DNA of 32,000 nucleotides from Candidatus Pelagibacter sp. HTCC7211. GTDB taxonomy: Bacteria; Pseudomonadota; Alphaproteobacteria; Pelagibacterales; Pelagibacteraceae. The notes under the pieces were generated by a model. The model was given only the letters and a program-made list of their open reading frames with translations, was not told the origin of the DNA and made no database searches. Within the stretch, counting starts at the first letter, position 1. Every line of letters starts with the position of its first letter. The stretch covers positions 780,001 to 812,000 of the forward strand of contig NZ_DS995298.1 in the NCBI RefSeq assembly GCF_000155895.1, in the 5' to 3' direction. A program made the position numbers and the translations under genes. This document shows positions 20,119 to 28,569 of this stretch, piece by piece.

Positions 20119-21414
20119 ATGTTTTTACATACAAAATTAGAAAATAGAAAAGAACCTATAAGAATTGCTTTTATAGGTTGTGGAAAATTTGTGAGCATGT
20201 TTCTAGCTCAATACAATCATTTAGATAAAATCAAAATTGATAGCATAGTTGATTTAAATATAGATATAGCAAAGAAAAATTGTATAAATAGCGGCATTAA
20301 ATCGTCCTCAATCGATGAAATAAATTTTACAAATTCCTTGGATGATATTTTAGATAGAAATATTGATATTTTTATTGAAGCAACAGGAAACCCGATTATT
20401 GGAACTGTTCATGCTGTAAAAATAATCAAAAATAAGAAAAACTTAATTTTGGTTAATGTTGAGGCAGATATTACTTGTGGTAAATATCTATCCGATCTTG
20501 CAAAAGATAATAATGTTATCTGCTCTATGGCTTATGGCGATCAACCGTCGTTAATATTAGAGCAAATTGAATGGGCAAGATTAAATGGTTTTTCTGTAGT
20601 ATGTGCTGGAAAAGGCACAAAGTATCATCCAACATTTGAATACTCTACACCCGATACAGTTTGGGATTACTATGGATTAACAAAAGAACGTGCTGAAATT
20701 GAGTCTGGTATGAATCCTAAAATGTTTAATAGTTTTTTATGTGGTGATAAGTCAGCTATTGAAATGTGTGCAGTAAGTAATGCAGCTAATCTAAAATGTC
20801 CTGAAAATGGTTTAACATTTCCACCAATAGGAGTTTATGATATAGCAAAAAAAATGATACCAAAGTCCGATGGTGGATTATTAGACTTTGAAGGACAGGT
20901 TGAAGTTATATCAAGTATTGATTTTGATAAAAAAGATATAGAAAATGATTTAAGATGGGGTGTTTACATTGTCATTAAAGCACAAAATGAATATGTAAAA
21001 AATTGTTTTAAAGACTATGGAATGGTCACAGATACATCTGGAAATTATTCAGCTATTTGGAGGCCTTACCATTATATAGGCTTAGAACTTGCTCAATCTA
21101 TTTATTCAATTGCTTTAGATAATAGGGCAACAGGATATACAAAAAATTATAATGCAGATGTTGCAAGTTATGCAAAAAAAGATTTAAAAAAAGGTGATAA
21201 ACTTGATGGCGAGGGTGGATTTTGTGCAAGAGGACGCTTAGTGACATCTGAAAAATCTAAAAAAGATAAAATCTTACCATTGGGTCTTACAGATAATGCT
21301 ATTTTAATAAGAGATATTAACAAAGATGATATTATAAAATTAGATGATGTTGATTTAGATCTTCCCGAAGATATTGTTAAAGCAAGGGAATATCAGTATA
21401 ATACATTGAAATAA
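20119..21414 (+). CDS. NAD(P)-binding oxidoreductase with C-terminal SAF domain (predicted homoserine dehydrogenase-like, COG4091 type)
   Basis: N-terminal Rossmann motif IRIAFIGCGKF. A C-terminal LKKGDKLDGEGG.. segment is typical of SAF domains. Length 431 aa. Confidence 0.5.
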   Translation: MFLHTKLENRKEPIRIAFIGCGKFVSMFLAQYNHLDKIKIDSIVDLNIDIAKKNCINSGIKSSSIDEINFTNSLDDILDRNIDIFIEATGNPIIGTVHAVKIIKNKKNLILVNVEADITCGKYLSDLAKDNNVICSMAYGDQPSLILEQIEWARLNGFSVVCAGKGTKYHPTFEYSTPDTVWDYYGLTKERAEIESGMNPKMFNSFLCGDKSAIEMCAVSNAANLKCPENGLTFPPIGVYDIAKKMIPKSDGGLLDFEGQVEVISSIDFDKKDIENDLRWGVYIVIKAQNEYVKNCFKDYGMVTDTSGNYSAIWRPYHYIGLELAQSIYSIALDNRATGYTKNYNADVASYAKKDLKKGDKLDGEGGFCARGRLVTSEKSKKDKILPLGLTDNAILIRDINKDDIIKLDDVDLDLPEDIVKAREYQYNTLK

Positions 21415-21686
21415 TGACTTTAGTTAATGATAAAATAAAAATGATCAGCTGTTCAGACTTCAGGCTGTTTTTAAAAAAGATGATTAAAGATAAGATAGAA
21501 AAACAATGGTCAGAAAGTTTTGTTGAAAATTTAAATTTTGTAATGGTTTCAAGAAATACAATAAAAAGAAGATATGAAGATAAGGGAATAGACCTAATTA
21601 AACTTTTGAATGATGTTAGTTATTATAAACATGTACAAAAAAGAGTAAATTCTAGAGGTAATTTAGAGTTTCAATATAAGCAGTAA
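21414..21686 (+). CDS. Hypothetical 90-aa basic protein, translationally coupled to the upstream oxidoreductase
   Basis: TAATG overlap at 21412-21416. Codon usage matches its neighbours. No recognisable motif. Confidence 0.4.
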   Translation: MTLVNDKIKMISCSDFRLFLKKMIKDKIEKQWSESFVENLNFVMVSRNTIKRRYEDKGIDLIKLLNDVSYYKHVQKRVNSRGNLEFQYKQ

Positions 21687-21702
21687 AATATATTAATTTT
21701 TA

Positions 21703-22662
21703 TTATATCTCTCTTAAAACATCAGTTTCAGTAATTTTTGAAATATCATTAGAGTTATAAAGTTTTTTACTATCAAGAATAATAACATTTCGTTTTTTAG
21801 GAGCAAATTTTTCTGAATTAGTAGGACCAAATAAAGTTATCATAGGTATATTAGCTAAGCCCATCATATGCATTATTCCATTATCAATTGTAATAGCTTT
21901 TTTTAATCTTGTGGAAAGAGCAGTAATTAATGCTGGGCATGATAAAGATGTATTAGTTTCAGGAAATATTGCTTTTTTTACTCTTGAAGAAATTTCTTCT
22001 ATTAATTGTTTATTATTTTTTTCAATAAAAAAAACTGGTATTTGATTATTTAAATTGTTCGCAACATTTATAAATTTTTCTGTTGGCCAAGTTTTTTTTC
22101 TATATTTGTTACCTTGTGTAATTGAAAAACCAATATAATCATTATCTGGTAACAGTTTTTTTGCTTCATCAAAAAATACTTTATCAATTTTGTTAATATC
22201 GTAATTAATTAGTGGAATATTTATTTCTAAAAGTTTTTCTAGGTTTAATAAAATATTATCTATATTATTCTTAGCACTAATATAATTTTTTTTTTCACTT
22301 GAAAATGAAAAATTTAGTGTTGGTGAATAAAATATTTTAGATTTAATTTTTTTTAATATTACTGTATTTCTGAATTTTGACTGTAAATCTATTATTAAAT
22401 CAAAATTTATATTTAAATCATTTTTAAGTTTATTTTTAACTTGAAACCAATGCTTCCATCTAAAACCAAAGTATTTCAAACTTAAATCATATGTTTTAGT
22501 TTTTATGTTGTATTCTTTAAGACTATTTTGAAAATGATTTTCGTGAGCTCCAAGATACCATATTTGACTATTTTTAAATTTTAGATTTAAACTATAAATA
22601 AGATTAAAAAGTTGAATAGAATCTCCCAATCCCCCACCAGAATTATAAATTAAAATTTTCAT
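21703..22662 (-). CDS. Glycosyltransferase family 9 (heptosyltransferase-like)
   Basis: MKILIYNSGGGLGDSIQ at the N-terminus and the C-terminal ..ITIDNGIMHM...N.PMITLFGPT block are typical of GT9 enzymes. Confidence 0.65.
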   Translation of the reverse strand: MKILIYNSGGGLGDSIQLFNLIYSLNLKFKNSQIWYLGAHENHFQNSLKEYNIKTKTYDLSLKYFGFRWKHWFQVKNKLKNDLNINFDLIIDLQSKFRNTVILKKIKSKIFYSPTLNFSFSSEKKNYISAKNNIDNILLNLEKLLEINIPLINYDINKIDKVFFDEAKKLLPDNDYIGFSITQGNKYRKKTWPTEKFINVANNLNNQIPVFFIEKNNKQLIEEISSRVKKAIFPETNTSLSCPALITALSTRLKKAITIDNGIMHMMGLANIPMITLFGPTNSEKFAPKKRNVIILDSKKLYNSNDISKITETDVLREI

Positions 22663-22706
22663 TATAAACTGTTCAAATTTAATTTAGATAAGTTATAAGT
22701 TATCTC

Positions 22707-23771
22707 ATGAAAACATACAACATTGCATCAATTGCTGGAGATGGGATAGGTACAGAGGTTGTTCCAGAAGCACACAAAGTTTTAAAAAAAATTTCAGAAC
22801 AACATCAATTCAAATTAGTAATTGATGAATTTGATTTTGCATCTTGTGATTACTTCGAAAAACATGGAAAAATGATGCCTGACAACTGGAAAGAAAAAAT
22901 TGAAAAACATGACGCTATTTTTTTTGGAGCGGTTGGGATGCCTGACAGATATCCTGATCACATAACTTTATGGGGTTCATTATTAAAGTTTAGAAGAGAA
23001 TTTGATCAATACATTAACTTAAGACCGGTAAAATTGTTTCCAGGTGTTAAATCACCATTAGCAGACAAAAAACCTGGTGACATTGACATGGTTATTATTA
23101 GAGAAAATACAGAGGGAGAATATTCGTCAGTTGGTGGAAGAATGTTTGAGGGCACAGATAGAGAGATGGCACTTCAGGAAACCATTATGTCTAAGCATGG
23201 AATTGATAGAGTTCAAAAATTTGCTTTTGAATTAGCTAAATCTAGAAAAAGAAAAAAACTTACTAGTGCAACTAAATCAAATGGTATTTCAATTACAATG
23301 CCATACTGGGATGAAAGATTTAATGAAAATAAAAAAGATTATTCAGATATTGAAACTGATCAATTTCATATTGATATTTTAGTTGCTAGATTTGTTTTAA
23401 ATCCTGAATGGTTTGATGTTGTTGTAGCTTCTAATCTATTTGGAGATATTCTGTCAGATCTTGGTCCAGCTTGTACCGGAACCATTGGTATTGCACCATC
23501 TGGAAATATCAATCCTGAAAAAAAATTTCCATCATTATTTGAACCAGTTCATGGATCTGCTCCTGATATTGCAGGAAAAGGCATTGCTAATCCTATCGGA
23601 CAAATTTGGTCTGGTGCTTTGATGTTGGATTATCTTGGTGAAAAAGAAGCTGCTAATTCAATTATGACATCAATTGAAAAAACTTTATTTGATAAAAAGA
23701 ATAGAACAAAAGATTTAAATGGAGAAAGCAATACTATTCAGTGTGCTCAAGCAGTATTGGATAATTTATAA
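22707..23771 (+). CDS. Tartrate dehydrogenase/decarboxylase / D-malate dehydrogenase (decarboxylating) family
   Basis: IAGDGIGTEVVPE, HGKMMP.DW, GAVG.PD..PDHI.LWGSLLKFRR.FDQY.NLRP and NLFGDILSDLGPA..GTIGIAPS.N.NPE..FPSLFEPVHGSAPDI.GKGIANPIGQIWS closely follow the TtuC branch of the isocitrate/isopropylmalate dehydrogenase family. Confidence 0.8.
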   Translation: MKTYNIASIAGDGIGTEVVPEAHKVLKKISEQHQFKLVIDEFDFASCDYFEKHGKMMPDNWKEKIEKHDAIFFGAVGMPDRYPDHITLWGSLLKFRREFDQYINLRPVKLFPGVKSPLADKKPGDIDMVIIRENTEGEYSSVGGRMFEGTDREMALQETIMSKHGIDRVQKFAFELAKSRKRKKLTSATKSNGISITMPYWDERFNENKKDYSDIETDQFHIDILVARFVLNPEWFDVVVASNLFGDILSDLGPACTGTIGIAPSGNINPEKKFPSLFEPVHGSAPDIAGKGIANPIGQIWSGALMLDYLGEKEAANSIMTSIEKTLFDKKNRTKDLNGESNTIQCAQAVLDNL

Positions 23772-23777
23772 TTAAAA

Positions 23778-24569
23778 ATGATTAAAATTATTCCAAATAA
23801 AAAAGATATTGGAGCTGAAATTGAATGTGATTTAAAGAAAATCTCAAATCAAGATTTGAAAAAAATAAAACAAGCGCTTTATAAATATGGTGTTATTTTT
23901 TTTAGAAAACAAATTTTAACATCAAGTTCTTACATTAAGTTTGCTAAAAATTTTGGGAAATTAGCAAAATATCCAAGACTTAAAGGTTTAAGTAAAAAGT
24001 ATCCTCAAATTACTGTAGTTCAAAGAAAATCTTCAGATAAAGGACCTAGTTTTGGTGAACAGTTTCACACAGACTCGATTTACACAAAAAAACCACCAAG
24101 ATTTACGATGTTGTTTTCAAAACTTGTTCCTAAAAAAGGTTTAGCTAATACAGAGTTTTGTTCTCAATATTTAGCTTATAAACAATTACCAGCTGAAATT
24201 AAAAAGAAATTAAGATTATCTAAGGGTGTTTATTCATCTGAGGGGCCAATATCAATAACAACACAAGAAAGAGTTAAGGAAAAGGGTAGAAAAATTAAAG
24301 AATTAATTTCCACTCATAAAATTTTAAAAAAAATAAATAAAAATTACGCAATTTATTGTAGCCCTGGTCATTTAATAGATTTTAAGCCTGAAATTAAAAA
24401 TCAAATAAAACTAAAAAAATTATTATTAAATCATCAAGTTAAGAAAAAATTTCAATATTCATTAGAATGGGAAAAAAACCAGCTTGCTATTTGGGACAAT
24501 AGATCAATGCTTCATCAAGCAACACCATTTAAAGGCAACAGAATAATGCATAGAATTACAATACATTAA
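23778..24569 (+). CDS. TauD/TfdA-family Fe(II)/2-oxoglutarate-dependent dioxygenase
   Basis: H-x-D facial-triad motif (QFHTDSIY), WDNRSMLHQA and a C-terminal R.MHR. The substrate cannot be assigned from sequence. Confidence 0.7.
   Translation: MIKIIPNKKDIGAEIECDLKKISNQDLKKIKQALYKYGVIFFRKQILTSSSYIKFAKNFGKLAKYPRLKGLSKKYPQITVVQRKSSDKGPSFGEQFHTDSIYTKKPPRFTMLFSKLVPKKGLANTEFCSQYLAYKQLPAEIKKKLRLSKGVYSSEGPISITTQERVKEKGRKIKELISTHKILKKINKNYAIYCSPGHLIDFKPEIKNQIKLKKLLLNHQVKKKFQYSLEWEKNQLAIWDNRSMLHQATPFKGNRIMHRITIH
23838..23871. repeat. Copy A of a 33-34-nt direct repeat, inside the TauD-family CDS
   Basis: AAAATCTCAAATCAAGATTT is identical over 20 nt to 28570-28589. The match continues with 1 mismatch and a 1-nt indel. 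Confidence 0.8.
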
Positions 24570-24599
24570 TATTTACAATCAATTTTGTTAGATTAAGAA

Positions 24600-26327
24600 T
24601 TATCTATTAGATAACCAAACAGTCTCGAATGGTTCAAGTTTGATTATTTTATTTGAAATATGATTATTGTTAGAAGATAGTAAATTTTTCCATGTTAAAA
24701 AATTTTGATTTATTTTTGTACTTTGAACTTTAGAGGATAAATTAGTTATACATAGGATAGTTTGTTTTTTATCAACACTTTGTCTTTTAAAACAAAATAT
24801 TTTTTTACCGATATTGACACTAGACCTTATCCCATTGGGATGAAAGGCCTTTTGTTTTCTTCTAATTTCTAACAAGTTAGTAATTTTTTTATAAAAAATA
24901 CTCTGTTTTGATTTTAAGTTTTTAAGTTTTTTGGTGATATTTTTATGGTTCCACCTGTATCTATTTAAATCTCTATTATTTCCAGTGATGATATACTTAG
25001 CCTCATCATTAGATGTTCCAAATAATGAATTAAAATATATTGCAGGAACTCCTTCGAAAGAAATCATAATTGAGTGAGCAGAAACAAATCTTTCTAAAAA
25101 ATACTTACCTTTTGGATCATAGTCTGATTTTTTTAAAGCATCAAAAATTGTAATATTTGCCTCATAAACTTTTTTCGATTTATTCTGAACTTTTCTGTAT
25201 GAGAATTTTGAGCCATTTTTTTTTAATCTTTTAAGAAATTTATCTTTATTGTTTTTATTTATAATACCTTCAACAGGTCTCATTCCGATACCATCATGTG
25301 AAGCAATAAAATTTAGATAACTATTTCCTTTTTTTGTTTGTGGTAATTTTTTGTTCCAACTGTTGAGATATGAGCTATTTTCAAATAAAAAACTATAAAT
25401 TAATAGGGGAGGTAGGGAAAAGTTATAAATCCAATTAGCTTCATCTGCATTTCCAAAATAACTTATATTTTCTTTTTCTGGTAAGTTAGTTTCTGTAACA
25501 ATAATGCTTTCAACATTCAGTAGATTACAAATCAATCTAAAAAGCTTTATTATTTCATGCGTTTCTTTTAAATTTATACATTTAGTACCGCTTTCTTTCC
25601 AAAGATATGCAATTGCATCCAATCTAAAGATTGTTACCCCATGATTTACAAGATTAATCATAATTTTTATGAATCTTAATAAAACTGCTGGATTTTTAAA
25701 ATTCATATCCAATTGATCTGGACTAAAAGTTCTCCATAAATATTCTGGTTGTTTAAAGATATCAATTTTTTTAAGCAATTGATGATCTCTTGGTCTTATT
25801 ACTTTTGATACATTAAAATTAGAATTAACTTTTAAAAAATAATCTTTTCCAGGCTTTTTACCTTTGAGAAAATTTTTGAACCAAAGACCTCTCGCAGATG
25901 AATGATTAATTACTATATCTGCCATCACATCATTTTTTTTTGAAAATTTTGTTATGTCTGACCAATTACCAAGTCTACTATCAATTTTATAATGATCTTT
26001 TACCGCAAAACCACTGTCACTACTTGAAGGGTAAAAAGGTAAAAAGTGTACGGTATCAAAAAATTTATTTAATTTTTTTTGAAAAAAACTTTGAAAATTT
26101 TTTAATAAATGTTTTTGTGAGCTGGAAAAAACACTATCTCCATAACAAATTACTATTGAAGTTTTTTCTGAAATTAATTTTTTTTTTTTATTTTTTCTCT
26201 TATTAAATTGATTAATTATTTTTATTATTTCTTCACAATAATTGCTAATTTCAATTTCTGATATATGATACCTGTATATACTTTTAAGCTTAAATTTAAT
26301 TTTTTTTTGAGCTATTTGAGATAACAT
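24600..26327 (-). CDS. GH13_18 sucrose-phosphorylase-like glycoside phosphorylase (context suggests glucosylglycerate phosphorylase)
   Basis: FRLDAIAYLWKE (nucleophile Asp region), VTETN (acid/base Glu region) and ASHDGIG (third catalytic Asp). Its start overlaps the stop of the glycosyl-3-phosphoglycerate synthase gene. Confidence 0.7.
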   Translation of the reverse strand: MLSQIAQKKIKFKLKSIYRYHISEIEISNYCEEIIKIINQFNKRKNKKKKLISEKTSIVICYGDSVFSSSQKHLLKNFQSFFQKKLNKFFDTVHFLPFYPSSSDSGFAVKDHYKIDSRLGNWSDITKFSKKNDVMADIVINHSSARGLWFKNFLKGKKPGKDYFLKVNSNFNVSKVIRPRDHQLLKKIDIFKQPEYLWRTFSPDQLDMNFKNPAVLLRFIKIMINLVNHGVTIFRLDAIAYLWKESGTKCINLKETHEIIKLFRLICNLLNVESIIVTETNLPEKENISYFGNADEANWIYNFSLPPLLIYSFLFENSSYLNSWNKKLPQTKKGNSYLNFIASHDGIGMRPVEGIINKNNKDKFLKRLKKNGSKFSYRKVQNKSKKVYEANITIFDALKKSDYDPKGKYFLERFVSAHSIMISFEGVPAIYFNSLFGTSNDEAKYIITGNNRDLNRYRWNHKNITKKLKNLKSKQSIFYKKITNLLEIRRKQKAFHPNGIRSSVNIGKKIFCFKRQSVDKKQTILCITNLSSKVQSTKINQNFLTWKNLLSSNNNHISNKIIKLEPFETVWLSNR

Positions 26328-27547
26328 TAACTATATTTTTTATTATCATCATTTACTACTTTTTCTAATCTATTTAGAAAATCTGGAATTGCACTTTTTA
26401 CTCTACTCCAAGTTGGTATGAAAGGTGTATCCATTGGATTTAGAATAAAAGCTTCACCAGCTTTCATTATATTCATTGCAAACAATTCAACAGCCTTTTC
26501 TTCAGTATGAGAGTCAAATTTTAGACCATTCATATCAGCATCGCTTCTATATATATCGATAAGATCTAAAGCAGACCTGTAATAGGTTGCTTTTAAAGAT
26601 CTAAATTTTTCTCTACTAAATGAATTACCTTGAGTAGCTAATTTTTTTATAAATGTTTTTATTATATCTATAGACATTCTCGACAATCCTTTGGTCTCAT
26701 CATCAAGGGATAAAACTTGATGTTTATGATCGTAAGTTTCAGCTAGATCAACTTGACAAATATTTTGAGGAGAAAAACTTCTTTGCATTTCAGATAGAAT
26801 TCCTACTTCAATACCCCAATCTGAGGAAATTCTTAATTCAGGTAAAACGTTACGTCTAAATGAAAACTCACCTGCTAAGGGGTACTTAAATGATTTCATA
26901 AATTCCAAGTAATCACTTTTTCCAATAGTTTTTTCTAGGGCTGTTAATAAAGGGAAAACAAGTAGTCGTGCAACACGTCCATTCATTTTTTCATTCGCTA
27001 CTCTAGGGTAGTAACCCTTGCAAAACTCAAAGTTAAAAAGTGGATTTACTACTGGATAAAATAGTTTTGCTAGCATTCTTCTATCGTATGTTTTTATATC
27101 ACAATCATGAAGAGCAACAGAACGAGCAGTATTTCTAGCTATAGACATTCCAAGACAATACCAAACATTTCTTCCCTTCCCAAGTTCACTGGGGGCCAGA
27201 TCCTTTTTCCTTAACTCTTTATCAAGACTTTTTAAACCTGGACCATCATTCCATAGTATTGAAAAAGGGGATTTTAATTTTTTAAAAAACTTCCAGGTTT
27301 TTTTTGCTTGACTTTCATTTGCTCTATCAAGACCTACGATAATATGGTCTAAATACTTGGTCTTACTTATTTCTTCAACTATATTAGGTAGTGCTGTTCC
27401 TTCTAGCTCAGAGTAAAGACATGGTAAAATTAATTCCATTTTTCTTTCTTTTGAAAATTTTAATAATTCGTTTTCTATGACTGATGTTGATTTTGTTCCA
27501 AAATCATGAAGTGTTGAAATTATTCCGTTTTGAGAGAAATCACTCAT
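26327..27547 (-). CDS. gpgS: Glucosyl-3-phosphoglycerate synthase-like retaining glycosyltransferase (GT81 type)
   Basis: About 400 aa with an ALHDCDI (DxD-like) motif, sandwiched between an MpgP/GpgP-type HAD phosphatase and a GH13_18 phosphorylase. This is the arrangement known for glucosylglycerate clusters. Donor sugar is not determinable by eye. Confidence 0.55.
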   Translation of the reverse strand: MSDFSQNGIISTLHDFGTKSTSVIENELLKFSKERKMELILPCLYSELEGTALPNIVEEISKTKYLDHIIVGLDRANESQAKKTWKFFKKLKSPFSILWNDGPGLKSLDKELRKKDLAPSELGKGRNVWYCLGMSIARNTARSVALHDCDIKTYDRRMLAKLFYPVVNPLFNFEFCKGYYPRVANEKMNGRVARLLVFPLLTALEKTIGKSDYLEFMKSFKYPLAGEFSFRRNVLPELRISSDWGIEVGILSEMQRSFSPQNICQVDLAETYDHKHQVLSLDDETKGLSRMSIDIIKTFIKKLATQGNSFSREKFRSLKATYYRSALDLIDIYRSDADMNGLKFDSHTEEKAVELFAMNIMKAGEAFILNPMDTPFIPTWSRVKSAIPDFLNRLEKVVNDDNKKYS

Positions 27548-27559
27548 AAAAATATCTTA

Positions 27560-28363
27560 TTAATTTTTATTTATTTTAACCATAGCTATTTTGACCACAT
27601 CAGCCCAGCCCTCAGGAGATGGCTTATTTGTTGTTATTAAATCATTTATTGGAATATGGTCTAATGTAAATTTATCATTAAACACCAAGCAAGGAAAATC
27701 ACTCGTTTTAAGCATATCTAAATCATTGTAATTATCACCAACTGCTATTGTTTTTACATCTTGATTTTTTTTTTTAAAAAATCTGACAAATACTTGAAGC
27801 GCTTTAGCTTTATTGACTCTATCAGTTAAATTAATAACTCTACCGCCTTCCTGTAAAGCTAAACCTTTTTTTTTTACAATTTTATATAATTCTTTTTTTT
27901 CACCTTTGTTTCCCTCAAATATAAATGGAATAGTATACTTACGATCTAAAGCCATATTAAGTTTTTCATCTTTTAAACCAAAAATTAAACTTTGTTTTTT
28001 TTTATCCATTTTAGATAACCATTTACATTTATTTTGCAAATTTACTGGTACAGATTTTTCAAAAATATTTATTAGATTATCCTTTTCTCTGCTGAGAATT
28101 AATTCCTTTGGTAAATTTGAATTTAATAAATCTAAACCTTTTATTGATGCACCATTTTCAGAAATATAAGGTAAACTTGAACCTAACTCATTGTTAAATT
28201 CTAAAATCTCTTTTTCTGTTTTGCTTGTATTAGTTACTATAATAATACCTTTAGAAAGTAGTTGATTTAGATACTCTTTTATTTCATTAAATTCGAAAGT
28301 TTCTCTATGAAGAAGTGTGCCATCAAGATCTGTAAATATTAAAACTTTGAACATTTTTTTCAT
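27560..28363 (-). CDS. gpgP: HAD-IIB phosphatase of the mannosyl/glucosyl-3-phosphoglycerate phosphatase (MpgP/YedP) family
   Basis: HAD motif I FTDLDGTLL and motif IV GDNYNDLDM. Length 267 aa. First gene of the three-gene cluster. Confidence 0.6.
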   Translation of the reverse strand: MKKMFKVLIFTDLDGTLLHRETFEFNEIKEYLNQLLSKGIIIVTNTSKTEKEILEFNNELGSSLPYISENGASIKGLDLLNSNLPKELILSREKDNLINIFEKSVPVNLQNKCKWLSKMDKKKQSLIFGLKDEKLNMALDRKYTIPFIFEGNKGEKKELYKIVKKKGLALQEGGRVINLTDRVNKAKALQVFVRFFKKKNQDVKTIAVGDNYNDLDMLKTSDFPCLVFNDKFTLDHIPINDLITTNKPSPEGWADVVKIAMVKINKN

Positions 28364-28461
28364 TAATTAATATTTATAAAATATTCAGATAAATAACAAT
28401 TTTACTTATTTCTCTTGTTCAATTATAAATATTAGCATAGATACTCATGAAATTCACAAAT

Positions 28462-28509
28462 GCCCTCGTGGTGAAATTGGTAGACACAAAAGACTTAAAA
28501 GCCGAGGGA
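28462..28509 (+). pseudogene. Truncated tRNA-Leu(UAA): 5' half up to the anticodon loop, joined to a relic of the 3' acceptor strand
   Basis: GCCCTCG TG GTG AAATTGGTAGA CAC A AAAGA CTTAAAA corresponds to acceptor 5' strand, D-arm, 5' anticodon stem and loop (anticodon TAA). The 3' anticodon stem, variable arm and T-arm are missing. The following GCCGAGGGA contains the complement of the acceptor strand. Confidence 0.75.
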
Positions 28510-28520
28510 TAGAAGTTAAA

Positions 28521-28560
28521 GTCAGTCCATAGTAGTCCATAGTAGTCCAAGGTAGTCTAA
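28521..28560. repeat. Four tandem 10-bp direct repeats (consensus approximately RGTAGTCCAT)
   Basis: gtcagtccat / agtagtccat / agtagtccaa / ggtagtctaa. The period is exactly 10 bp, and the array starts 12 nt after the tRNA relic. Confidence 0.8.
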
Positions 28561-28569
28561 GCATCCTAT

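Noticed and set aside
24572-24586. TTTACAATC-AATTT motif shared between the tauD-family/GH13 intergenic region and the 31333-31348 promoter region
   Set aside because: This is only a match of about 15 nt. Matches of that length are expected by chance within 32 kb of such AT-rich sequence.
28521-28560. CRISPR array
   Set aside because: The repeats are only 10 bp, directly abutting with no spacers, and no cas genes are present.
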